Part shown: in pieces, positions 40,178 through 49,530 of the stretch
Numbering within the stretch: the first letter of the stretch is position 1
How the letters are laid out: the number at the start of each line of letters is the position of its first letter
IMG/VR virus record: IMGVR_UViG_3300032053_000002
Coordinates: 1 to 64,000 of that record
Length of the DNA stretch: 64,000 nucleotides
Reading direction: 5' to 3' (one strand)
Position numbers and translations under genes: made by a program
The notes under the pieces: model-generated
What the model saw: the letters and a program-made list of their open reading frames with translations, nothing else
The model's database searches: none
What the model was told of the DNA's origin: nothing

Positions 40178-40411
40178 TTAAAATAAAATTTTCATAAAAA
40201 CCGTGACCAAAATAAACCATATAGCAAATGAAAACATCATACCGCATGCCATTAGAAATAATATACTATCCCATTGTTTGCTGGTATGCGCAGAAAAATT
40301 TGTATCCAGTTTTTTATCGATTTCATCACTTTGTTTTTGCCAAAATATAGCCAATCCTGCTCCAGAAAGTATAACAACCAAAACCCAAAGTAATCCTTTA
40401 AGAAAAATCAT
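40178..40411 (-). CDS. Small two-TM membrane protein
   Basis: Hydrophobic segments, GGAG RBS. Confidence 0.5.
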   Translation of the reverse strand: MIFLKGLLWVLVVILSGAGLAIFWQKQSDEIDKKLDTNFSAHTSKQWDSILFLMACGMMFSFAIWFILVTVFMKILF

Positions 40412-40619
40412 AACTTCTCCTATTTTTATTCATAATTCTTTAATATATAATCTATTTCATTTAAAAGTTTTTTCATTTTTCTTTTATATTGGTTTATTTC
40501 ATTTTTGGTGTCTTCTCTACGTATCATTGAACGTAATGTATTAGCATACTTTAAAGCATCAAACGCACAACTATATAAATAATCGTATGCGATTTTTTCA
40601 TTAAGATTTACTGGTAAAC

Positions 40620-41561
40620 TCATTCTATTTCTTCCTTTATCAATTTTCTTCTTGAAATATTATACGGATTATTTCTTTTAAATTCCGATTTTAAATGTCG
40701 CCGAATAACTGAGTGGTCTTCATCTACCTCGCGACCGTGAGTATAATCACTTAAAATTTCATCAACTTCTTCGTATGTCTTTGCTCCCAATTGTTCCAGA
40801 TCAGAGTTTGTTATTCCTAACCCATCAGTCGGAACGGCATCTATACATAACCGCATGGCTTCCGCTTTTTTAAAATCCTGGTTGCATCCAGACGAGTAAT
40901 CATTTAAAAGGTATTTTGATAATGTATACACTTCGGTTTTCCAGAGATTCTGTATCATACCAAAGTCACCCACGTCGCCGTGAAGTGTCCAGAATCCGAG
41001 TAAATACTCGGTATAATTGTCAGTACCCAAAACCATTCCTTTATTAGTATACGCAAGATTATACAGGTAAATCATTCGCAGTCGTGCTTTGATATTTCCC
41101 CTACGTATTTTTTCTTCCATCTCATTCGCCATCAGAACATATTTTTCAGTAACATCCATTTCCACATTAAAAAAAGTAGCGAGCAAATCTGTATTTTCCC
41201 TAAAATCAGTACAAAACGCTTCGCCGGTAGCAATCGCCCTTTTTTGTTCTTCGTCCGTGTTCGTTTCAATCGGCAAACTGCGACCAATCAACGGAATACC
41301 TAAATGTCTGCAAACCGGTTCGGCTATTGCACAACATAACGCACTGTCTATACCGCCAGATACACCGATGATCAGTGATTTTATTTTGTTGGTTACGATA
41401 TAAACATCGAGCATATCCTGAATAGTTTTAATAACCGACGCGGCTTCTTTTTCTGTTATAAATGTCGCCTCTTTTGCTAATACTTTTTCGGTGGCGTCCA
41501 TCACTTCTTTCAATGTTATTCCGATAGTCATTACTTCTCCAATGCTTTTAAAGTTTAACAA
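40620..41561 (-). CDS. nadE: NH3-dependent NAD+ synthetase
   Basis: GVSGGIDSA; GNIKARLRM..LY; GTDN.TE..LGFWTLHGD; KTEVY; PTDGL; no glutaminase domain. Confidence 0.92.
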   Translation of the reverse strand: MLNFKSIGEVMTIGITLKEVMDATEKVLAKEATFITEKEAASVIKTIQDMLDVYIVTNKIKSLIIGVSGGIDSALCCAIAEPVCRHLGIPLIGRSLPIETNTDEEQKRAIATGEAFCTDFRENTDLLATFFNVEMDVTEKYVLMANEMEEKIRRGNIKARLRMIYLYNLAYTNKGMVLGTDNYTEYLLGFWTLHGDVGDFGMIQNLWKTEVYTLSKYLLNDYSSGCNQDFKKAEAMRLCIDAVPTDGLGITNSDLEQLGAKTYEEVDEILSDYTHGREVDEDHSVIRRHLKSEFKRNNPYNISRRKLIKEEIE

Positions 41562-41850
41562 TACTATACATGGCAGCTAAGGTTTTCCATTTATCTATTA
41601 TACGATTTTTTTGAATACAAATTTTCTTGTATTTACTATCAAGTTCTTTTTTTGTAGGAACTTTAATGTATTTATATCCATAAGTAACATAGTTGTCTGA
41701 ATGCTTCCATGCACCGAATTCAGAACACCATTTTTCGAGATGATATTTTATATCTTCTTCAGTAAAATCTTTTGAAATGCGAAATATTCTTTTTTCCTCC
41801 GTTCCACGATTTGATTTAATCCAAAACAAAACATACGTTTTATTTTTCAT
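41548..41850 (-). CDS. Hypothetical protein
   Basis: Coupled ORF in early operon. Confidence 0.5.
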   Translation of the reverse strand: MKNKTYVLFWIKSNRGTEEKRIFRISKDFTEEDIKYHLEKWCSEFGAWKHSDNYVTYGYKYIKVPTKKELDSKYKKICIQKNRIIDKWKTLAAMYSIVKL

Positions 41851-42028
41851 TATTTCTCCAATATATTATTTTTCAAATTTAAATGCCCGTTTTTACATAT
41901 TCGTATATTCTCCGTAGAAGCCCCACAGGTTATTTCTTCTGTAAAATCTCCGCATATTCCACAAAGACAATCCTTGTCTATAACCAAATCATATATTGCG
42001 TTCATTAATATTTTCTTTTCATCTTCTT

Positions 42029-42301
42029 TCATTGCTTCTCCAACGCATCTATCTTTTCAATAAATTCATTAACAAAATGAATATATTTGGGATGCTCAAG
42101 TGCAACTAGAGCGAATGCTTTTTTAACATCGTCTATATATTTTTTAATTGCGCCTTCTAACCGGTTATTGTCGGCTTCTAGATCGCTGATGGTTTCTATA
42201 AAATTCATTATGGTTTCTCCCCGAATATTTTGTACGCTATTCAAGCCGTGTTCGGCGACAACCTTTCTCCATCGTTCAATTTCTTGTTTATCCAATATCA
42301 T
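42029..42301 (-). CDS. Hypothetical protein
   Basis: First gene behind sigma70 promoter; GGAG RBS. Confidence 0.55.
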   Translation of the reverse strand: MILDKQEIERWRKVVAEHGLNSVQNIRGETIMNFIETISDLEADNNRLEGAIKKYIDDVKKAFALVALEHPKYIHFVNEFIEKIDALEKQ

Positions 42302-42330
42302 AACTTCTCCAATATTTTATTTACTATAAT

Positions 42331-42359
42331 AATATACGAAATTATATTCAGAAAGTCAA
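42331..42359 (-). promoter_or_regulatory. sigma70-type early promoter (NAD operon)
   Basis: TTGACT-N17-TATATT. Confidence 0.8.
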
Positions 42360-42931
42360 GAACTTTTTATTATCACTATCACTCTACCGCTTTTCGCCGT
42401 GTAGATGAAAACCTTATGTGAAGAAAATACCGCTTTCCAGTCTATCAGAACTTCTGTATGGCCGGGGTCTCCGTAAAAAGTTTTATGCACCGGTGTCGGA
42501 TATGTGAATACGGCGTTTTCGCAAACTCTCATTATTTCTTTCGCCGCATTTTCTTTTAACTCAGGCGAAACGTGTTCAATAGTTTCTGCACACCATCCCC
42601 AGTGCCATTGTTTATCAGAAAATATATTTAGGTCGCAAACATCGGCGACATAATTGACGTTAGCACCGGGTCTAATATCTAACGCAGCGTATTCCAGTGT
42701 CCGTTTTCTCAGGTTTCCGCGATAAGGTGTTTTAGTTCCAGAACCGATATCGAGTATTGACCTGGCGACAGTCTTGCTATTGAGATTAGCAGTTCTGATA
42801 TAATTTCTTCGCCAGTGATATGAACCGTCTTCAGCAAAATATACCGGCGGAAGAAAGTTCAGGTAAAAGCGAATAACTTGCTCTTCGTTGTGATGGTTAT
42901 TAATTGGGATCATTTTCAAAAAAGTGCTCAA
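42356..42931 (-). CDS. Class I SAM-dependent methyltransferase
   Basis: SILDIGSG; ALDI; ADVCDL; ETIEHV; EIMRV. Confidence 0.8.
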   Translation of the reverse strand: MSTFLKMIPINNHHNEEQVIRFYLNFLPPVYFAEDGSYHWRRNYIRTANLNSKTVARSILDIGSGTKTPYRGNLRKRTLEYAALDIRPGANVNYVADVCDLNIFSDKQWHWGWCAETIEHVSPELKENAAKEIMRVCENAVFTYPTPVHKTFYGDPGHTEVLIDWKAVFSSHKVFIYTAKSGRVIVIIKSS

Positions 42932-42944
42932 AATTAATCATTTC

Positions 42945-43652
42945 TTATAAAATTTTAATTTTCGAATTCCATTTTTTCAACTCATCACGTGCCGCAAAAA
43001 TCGCTCCACGCATTGTATAAATCCTGACTCCGCTACCTTTATATTTGTCAATAGTTGTCTGATTTACGCCAGTAAATCCTAAAATATAGTTATCATGGTG
43101 TGGGACGGTTTGATTGATAATTTTTTCAATCATTTTTTCGTTTGAAAGTTCTCCGTGAAAAATCCATAAAATACCAACAATAGGTTTTTCTGGCAAGGAA
43201 TAAACTCGTTTCATTATTTCCTCCACCCTCGGCGCGATTCCATACCATCGCCAACATCTCTCATATGCATTTTGCTCACTTAATTGGTTTTTAACTTCGA
43301 GCATGAAGTGATTAAAAAAATTTTCATCGGTAGAAATTAGTGCTTCCGGTTTAACCGATCCCCCGTTTAAAGAAACTCCGTTGTGAACTGACCCCCCACA
43401 ATATTGAGCGCAAAGATTCCCATATTGACCATAAATACGATGCCATAACCCAAATGGGTCGGCGGTCTTATTTGAAATTACTAAATCAGAAACTTCCTTG
43501 ATTGCTCGAATAGTTACATCTTCTGCAAGACTACCGGTTACGCCGGCTTGTGCCATCCCTGTAGGATCCAATTTTTCCGTAAAAATTTCTGGTGAAACAT
43601 CCTTATATTCTTCATAATCAAAAAAGTCTTTTTTCATATTTTTCTTATTCAT
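42945..43652 (-). CDS. Hypothetical protein
   Basis: 235 aa ORF, no motif recognised. Confidence 0.55.
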   Translation of the reverse strand: MNKKNMKKDFFDYEEYKDVSPEIFTEKLDPTGMAQAGVTGSLAEDVTIRAIKEVSDLVISNKTADPFGLWHRIYGQYGNLCAQYCGGSVHNGVSLNGGSVKPEALISTDENFFNHFMLEVKNQLSEQNAYERCWRWYGIAPRVEEIMKRVYSLPEKPIVGILWIFHGELSNEKMIEKIINQTVPHHDNYILGFTGVNQTTIDKYKGSGVRIYTMRGAIFAARDELKKWNSKIKIL

Positions 43653-43654
43653 TC

Positions 43655-44668
43655 TCAGTTATAAAGTAATATCTCTTTTGCCAGTTTTGCGTCATAACTT
43701 GGGGATTCATCATACCCATCCGATTTGTCAAGTTTAACATATTCATTTTCTTTTCTTTCGGTCTTCTTTCTTCTACCCGCCGTATAAATAACCTCAAATC
43801 TTTTCAAGTTTAACGATCCTTTATACTTTTCAAAAAACCCATCATCTTCATCTCTATTACATAAAAACACTTTTGAATTTTTTAACCGTTTGCAAAACGC
43901 GACCACTTCTATTTGTTTGTCATCATCAAAATCTTGCCCATATTTAGTAAATCCTCCTCTATATGGCGGATCTAAAAAGAAAAACGTATTGTTATCCTCG
44001 ACTCTATTTACACAATCTCTCCAATCTTCGGAATAAATCTCAACGTTTTCTTGTAGAATTTCCGACCACATCATAACATTATTTTTATCATAAATATTTA
44101 CTACTTGATTTAGTAATCCAGACGGAGTACCAAATCTACCATTGGTATTTTGATTCACTTGCCAAATACCATTAAACCCCGTCTTCATTAAAAAATATAA
44201 ATGGGCGGCTTCTATGCTCGGCGTTTCTCTCCATTTTTCATAATCAAACGCGTGTTCGTAACGAATCTCAAAATATAATTTTTTTCTTTCTTCTTTATTC
44301 AATCGAATATATTCGCCTTCTAGTCTGTCCATCTCGTGAATAAAAGTATTAACATCATTTTTTATCGAGTTATATATACGAATAATACCATCATTAATAT
44401 CATTGATTACTATTCTTTTTAAGTTGGGATTCTTTACTAAAACTCTTAATAGCATAGCTCCACCACCAAAAAATGGCTCACAATAATTTTCAAATTCTAA
44501 ATTTGCCATTAGTGGAATATAGTGTTTTAACATTTTATTCTTACCGCCGGCCCATATGAAAAGTGGTCTTATTTTTCGTTGTTTGTCTTTATTTTTTATT
44601 ATCGGATATTCTTCTTCCAAAATAAAATAATCTTTGTTAGCCATACCTAAAAACCTCTCGTTTAACAT
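43655..44668 (-). CDS. D12-class N6-adenine DNA methyltransferase (Dam-like)
   Basis: WAGGK; EPFFGGGA; INDIN; FNG; FLDPPY; probable start 44644. Confidence 0.92.
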   Translation of the reverse strand: MLNERFLGMANKDYFILEEEYPIIKNKDKQRKIRPLFIWAGGKNKMLKHYIPLMANLEFENYCEPFFGGGAMLLRVLVKNPNLKRIVINDINDGIIRIYNSIKNDVNTFIHEMDRLEGEYIRLNKEERKKLYFEIRYEHAFDYEKWRETPSIEAAHLYFLMKTGFNGIWQVNQNTNGRFGTPSGLLNQVVNIYDKNNVMMWSEILQENVEIYSEDWRDCVNRVEDNNTFFFLDPPYRGGFTKYGQDFDDDKQIEVVAFCKRLKNSKVFLCNRDEDDGFFEKYKGSLNLKRFEVIYTAGRRKKTERKENEYVKLDKSDGYDESPSYDAKLAKEILLYN

Positions 44669-44675
44669 TTCTATA

Positions 44676-44703
44676 TTAAACGTTGGCGAATAAAATAAGT
44701 TCC
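44676..44703 (-). promoter_or_regulatory. ECF-sigma-type promoter variant before Dam
   Basis: GGAACTT-N15-GTTTAA. Confidence 0.6.
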
Positions 44704-44711
44704 TTAATATT

Positions 44712-45224
44712 TTAGAAAGTGGGATAAATTTTCGCGACTATTTTCTGTTCAATTAGTTTTTTCCAGGGGCAATAAATATTATAAGTTATTCCAAAACCTT
44801 TAGTAGTATAATCCAATTTGAAAGTTCTGTATTTGGGTGACTTATGCGCGTCATTATAATGCAAATCAACGATGTATTTTTTTAGTTCATTCCACTTGAC
44901 TAAATACACAATAGTTGGGCATTCTTTGTCTTCTCCATCATAATAACCATAAACCAATGCATTACACCATATTAACTTACTCCACCATCCGTGATTATTT
45001 GTTTCCAAATCCTGTTCAACCTCGATAACCATATCAGAATGCAGATAACTGGACGATTTTTCGTCTATATATATTTTTGTTCCATCGGTTCTAAATAACT
45101 TCTTATCACCATATTTTTCTTGTTCTTCTTTTGAAGTGATGTGTTCAACGCGATGTCCCAACCCCTTATATATAACACCATCACAAAATAGGGAAAACTT
45201 CTTTTCTAAATCAAAAGTATTCAT
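44712..45224 (-). CDS. Putative PD-(D/E)XK nuclease
   Basis: Q..YGD...IYIDEK pattern. Confidence 0.45.
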   Translation of the reverse strand: MNTFDLEKKFSLFCDGVIYKGLGHRVEHITSKEEQEKYGDKKLFRTDGTKIYIDEKSSSYLHSDMVIEVEQDLETNNHGWWSKLIWCNALVYGYYDGEDKECPTIVYLVKWNELKKYIVDLHYNDAHKSPKYRTFKLDYTTKGFGITYNIYCPWKKLIEQKIVAKIYPTF

Positions 45225-45237
45225 AACACCTATTATA

Positions 45238-46227
45238 TTATTTATTTGAAGATTTTTTCTTCAGGTATATTTTCACATACCCATCAGCAACCGCATTCGT
45301 ATCTCCGCCTCGACTGAACACGGGATTGAACTTCAGGGTGTTTGATAAAAAACGTTTATCTTCAAAGTTGGAAATAAAAACTAATCTATTATCTTCATCG
45401 GGCAGAATAATCGACGCTATACCTTTATTTTTCACATAGATTCTAAGTAGTTCAATACCCAAATATTCTTTACAATATTCGACATCATGCATATTTCCCG
45501 CCATATGAGTCGCCCAACGTAACCTGATATTATCTGTAAAATCAGTACATATTTTTTCCGGATATAGGTCATCAAAAAATCCTTTAAATTTTGTTTTAAC
45601 TTCATCTGTCGTCATTCCAGCAAAACAGTCGTCGTGTTCGTTCTTTTTTGAAGATAATGGATTCAACCCACCAAACCATTTTTCTAAAGCGTTATCACCG
45701 ACACGATGTTTATTACCTTCTTTAATAACCGGACTAAAGCACGCGCCACTACCACTTTTAACTTCACCTTTCTTTATTTTTATTTCATTATTATCATCTA
45801 AATCTCTAATCAATAAATCATCAACGGAAGAAAATATTGTATTGGAAAATAGAAGTATCAAAGCCAACTCTCCGGCTCCCCTACCTTTACCTTTAACTTG
45901 AAATAATCTTTTTATGACATGATTAAAGGTTTTATTTGCTTTCAATGATTCAGGAATCAACTCAAAAATAGTAGTATCTGAATTTTCAGTTGGAAATGGT
46001 GGCAAATCACCATTCGACGTTAGGCAGTCAATCATTTCCATACCGTCGTGATTATATCGTTCATGACCATACAATCCGGATTCAAGAAGAGTTTGCCTAA
46101 ACTCATTAAGGATAACTATTTCCTTTGGTGACAAAAATCTTTTCTTAATAAGTTCATCAACTTTTTTCTCGAATTCTGATAAAAAATTCGCTGGATTTTT
46201 TACTTCTTTGTTATTATCTTTTTCCAT
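45238..46227 (-). CDS. Putative restriction-endonuclease-like protein
   Basis: GAGE.AL...DL...GEVKSG pattern. Confidence 0.4.
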   Translation of the reverse strand: MEKDNNKEVKNPANFLSEFEKKVDELIKKRFLSPKEIVILNEFRQTLLESGLYGHERYNHDGMEMIDCLTSNGDLPPFPTENSDTTIFELIPESLKANKTFNHVIKRLFQVKGKGRGAGELALILLFSNTIFSSVDDLLIRDLDDNNEIKIKKGEVKSGSGACFSPVIKEGNKHRVGDNALEKWFGGLNPLSSKKNEHDDCFAGMTTDEVKTKFKGFFDDLYPEKICTDFTDNIRLRWATHMAGNMHDVEYCKEYLGIELLRIYVKNKGIASIILPDEDNRLVFISNFEDKRFLSNTLKFNPVFSRGGDTNAVADGYVKIYLKKKSSNK

Positions 46228-46261
46228 TTATTACTTAAACCTTTGTTTATCTTATACTATA

Positions 46262-46290
46262 AAGATAATCATATTCGGCTTACCTGTCAA
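46262..46290 (-). promoter_or_regulatory. sigma70-type promoter
   Basis: TTGACA-N17-TATCTT. Confidence 0.65.
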
Positions 46291-46351
46291 ATTATATTTT
46301 ATTTATTTTTAAAGTTTGTGAAAAATTTCACAAGGCGGCAATCTGTAACTA

Positions 46352-46969
46352 TTAAACGATTTCCCATCCCTGTTCCAGATAGGCTTCTGCCTTTTTGTAT
46401 TTGATTTGTTCTATAACCTGATCTGTAACATTATTCTTTATATTCACTTTCTCGTTCCGACCATATTTGAACGGATTTTTAATCGTCTTGAAAAAGTCTA
46501 TCATAAGTTTACCATCCAGATGTGCTATCTCATGCTGCACGCATATACACTCTAACAACCCGCTATCGTTCATAGAAAATTCGTTTTCGCCAGTGATTGG
46601 ACAAAATATCATCTTACTCAGCCAGTTATCGGCTTCAACCGTGATTAAAGTATGTCTTATTGTTCTCGCCGTTTTTCCGGGGAAACTCAAACAACCTTCT
46701 GAATATACAATCTCGCCTTCGGCTTCAATGATGCGCGGATTGACCAGATAAAACGGCTTGTCCTTAACTTTTATGGCGACAACTCGTTTCAGAATACCAA
46801 TCTGCGGTGCAGACAGTCCAATACCGTCTTCGTGCTCAGACAATACCTGTAACAACTTTTCGCCGATTTCTCGCCCCTCTTCTGGAGTGGCCGGTTCGCT
46901 GATTTGCCTTAAAAACTTTTCGTCTTTAATTATTTGCATTTGCCTTCTCGATTGTTTTCCAGTACGCAT
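46352..46969 (-). CDS. def: Peptide deformylase
   Basis: GIGLSAPQIG; EGCLS; QHEIAHLDG. Confidence 0.95.
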   Translation of the reverse strand: MRTGKQSRRQMQIIKDEKFLRQISEPATPEEGREIGEKLLQVLSEHEDGIGLSAPQIGILKRVVAIKVKDKPFYLVNPRIIEAEGEIVYSEGCLSFPGKTARTIRHTLITVEADNWLSKMIFCPITGENEFSMNDSGLLECICVQHEIAHLDGKLMIDFFKTIKNPFKYGRNEKVNIKNNVTDQVIEQIKYKKAEAYLEQGWEIV

Positions 46970-47163
46970 CTACTGCGACTCTCGTGGTTTGTCCTAAACA
47001 ACTTTTCATAATATCACATTTTGGATGACCCATATCAAAAGAACTCTGCGCACATTTTCTATGCACGGGGCACAGCCTAAATATCCAATACTTTGAAGTG
47101 AACCACTTGTCTTTGAATAAATACCATTTATTGCTCCACCAATACCATTTAAATATTTTCATT

Positions 47164-47463
47164 TTATCCCCACCATTTTATTTCTTTTAATGGAATATCC
47201 CCAACGCTCCCATGATGAAACACCTTTTCCAGAAGATATTGCGGAATCGCGATATACAATAACATCAACGCAAGCATGATTAGTGTAGCAAGTATAACAA
47301 CCGGAAAGATCACGAACTTCATTTCCAGTGATTGCCCCCAGTTCGCTAACATAAAATCCGCCCAATGAAAAACTCTATCTAAAAGCGGAAACGATTTAAC
47401 GAAAAGATAAAGTTGAAAATAAAAAACTAAAAAACGTATAAAGTATCCGATTGCTTTTATCAT
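47164..47463 (-). CDS. Small membrane protein
   Basis: Hydrophobic segments; ATGA coupling. Confidence 0.5.
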   Translation of the reverse strand: MIKAIGYFIRFLVFYFQLYLFVKSFPLLDRVFHWADFMLANWGQSLEMKFVIFPVVILATLIMLALMLLYIAIPQYLLEKVFHHGSVGDIPLKEIKWWG

Positions 47464-48086
47464 ATGATTTCGTCCACCATTTTATATTTCAAGCAGGTTT
47501 CTGCATCGAAGAACAGATCATGCAACAGGATTTCATCCAGTTTATCGGCAGGTATTTCAGTATACTCCGCATACACTTGTTTGATAAGTGTCATAAAGCG
47601 TTCCAGATTCTGCATCTCATCTTTATGCTCGGAGAACTTGCCCCAAAAAACAGATTGTAACTCATGAATGAGCATGAAAGAGTGACGCGAAATCTGACGT
47701 TTCTTACCGACTACCGACAAGAATGTCGCCGCGGATGCACACACACCATCCACGATGGTAATCACGGGCGACTGACATTTCAATATGTTGTCCATTGCGG
47801 AAAATCCAGAAAAAATACTCCCGCCATAACTATTGATATGCAAAAATATTGGATCTAAAGTTTCACGACCATGAATTTGCTTATCACTTATGTTCGTGTT
47901 ATCGATCTCTTTCAATTCCTTATTCAATTTGAGAACCTCTGCGCGGTCTATATCGGAGTAGAAAAAAATTCGGTTGTTGACAACTTCAAGAATATCCGGC
48001 TCTTTGATGAAAATTTCATCTTTCGGTGGCTGAACAGGTTGATCATTTTTTCCGTTTCGTATATCCCATGCACACATATCACACAC
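47460..48086 (-). CDS. clpP: ClpP-like protease subunit
   Basis: LHINSYGGS; GVCASAA; MLIH; DLFFDAE...YKMVDEII. Confidence 0.88.
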   Translation of the reverse strand: MCDMCAWDIRNGKNDQPVQPPKDEIFIKEPDILEVVNNRIFFYSDIDRAEVLKLNKELKEIDNTNISDKQIHGRETLDPIFLHINSYGGSIFSGFSAMDNILKCQSPVITIVDGVCASAATFLSVVGKKRQISRHSFMLIHELQSVFWGKFSEHKDEMQNLERFMTLIKQVYAEYTEIPADKLDEILLHDLFFDAETCLKYKMVDEII

Positions 48087-48096
48087 TCCTTTTTAT

Positions 48097-48624
48097 TTAC
48101 GCGAAAAACTTATTTTTAATTTTTTTGTCGCCACTCTTTTTTACGTCTTTTTCCGCAATCTCGAACTTTTCCTTTTTCCTATCCTCGCGCTTTTTCTTTT
48201 TTTCGAGTTGTTCCTTTTTCTTTTCATAGCGTTTGGCGAGTTTTTGTTCGTGTTCCATTTTCTTTTGTTGACGCTGAAATGAAGAAAGTTTCTTTTTCTC
48301 TTCGATAACTGTTGGTGGTAACGTTCCCTTTAACTCCGGTTGTTCTACACCCTTGTGATAAACATTCAGTTCTGCGTCTACGTATACCTTCATAAATCGC
48401 CATCCACGCGGCTTTCGCGGAGCTGTGTCTTCGGTCTCTTCTTTCGGCTTGAGCTGATGCGGTATCTCTACCATTTTCTGGCAACACAACCAGCAAATCG
48501 CACCTTCGGAATCCGAATCTACTGAAACTTCGTTGACGTTGCAGGTCGAACAAACGACGAACTTGCGATTTGATTTTCTAACTTGAAAGTCCACATCTTT
48601 ACTACTCATCTTTTTGCGCTTCAT
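48097..48624 (-). CDS. Zn-finger protein with basic coiled-coil tail
   Basis: CSTC...CWLC; KPRGWRFMKVYVD. Confidence 0.55.
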   Translation of the reverse strand: MKRKKMSSKDVDFQVRKSNRKFVVCSTCNVNEVSVDSDSEGAICWLCCQKMVEIPHQLKPKEETEDTAPRKPRGWRFMKVYVDAELNVYHKGVEQPELKGTLPPTVIEEKKKLSSFQRQQKKMEHEQKLAKRYEKKKEQLEKKKKREDRKKEKFEIAEKDVKKSGDKKIKNKFFA

Positions 48625-48940
48625 TTGGTTCTCCTATGTTTGGTGAAAACATTAAATTCTTCGCCGTTGGCGACTTTGATAATATCGCATCCAATTTTTT
48701 GAATAGTGAATCCATCTCCCCTTTGATATTTTTGAAGTCTACTTTAAAAACTTCTCCATCTTTCTTTTTCTTGAAATCGTCGGTAATCTCAAACACGTCC
48801 ACCACAGTATCTTCAAAGTTTTTGCTTATATTATCTTCAATGACGTGCCTCTCAACTTCAGACCTATTATCTGCGAAAAGATAAGTGATAATCTTTCCAT
48901 CAGTATCTTTAAACGACTTCTCCACCTGATAAAATTTCAT
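48602..48940 (-). CDS. Hypothetical protein
   Basis: ORF with GGAG RBS. Confidence 0.5.
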   Translation of the reverse strand: MKFYQVEKSFKDTDGKIITYLFADNRSEVERHVIEDNISKNFEDTVVDVFEITDDFKKKKDGEVFKVDFKNIKGEMDSLFKKLDAILSKSPTAKNLMFSPNIGEPNEAQKDE

Positions 48941-48942
48941 TT

Positions 48943-49530
48943 TTATTCTCTCCGTTTAATTACTATGATTTTTCTATACGCCACGTGTATTATCTTTTCA
49001 ATACTATACTTCTGAGATATGGTATTCTGTAATTCTTCCAATCCAATGCCAAAGCAATCTATTTTATTAAACGGCTTCGCGTTCTCTTCTGCCCAAGAAA
49101 TGAAACACCGTCCGTTCTTTGTTAAACACTACATCCACGAATCGAGCGCTTTATTAAAGTCGTAACAGTGGTCTATACTATTTGTATAAATAAAATCAGT
49201 CGCGTCTATCCATTCCGGTTTCGTATCGTGAAAATCGTGAACAATCATATTTGGTATTGTCGCCGCGGTTTCAGATATATCCGTGCCTATTATATTATCA
49301 CTGTTCAACGATTCTCTAAACTTTCGCACTTCATATCCATTTCTGGCTCCATGACATATTCCAAAATTAATTTTTAATCCAAGTTCCTTAATATACTGAG
49401 AAATTTGGGTTATTTCTTCATCGTTTATCCATACCGCACCTAATTTTCTTTTGTTCTGACTTGTTTGCAGTTGAACATATTCTTGATAATTATCTGATTT
49501 AATATATTTAGTCATAATTATATGTGACAA
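48943..49530 (-). pseudogene. SAM methyltransferase-like gene interrupted by in-frame TAG (49129-49131)
   Basis: GICHGARNG; GTDIS; HDFH; IYTNSIDH; the frame continues after TAG: WM*CLTKNGRCFISW...IKRRE to TAA at 48943. Confidence 0.7.
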
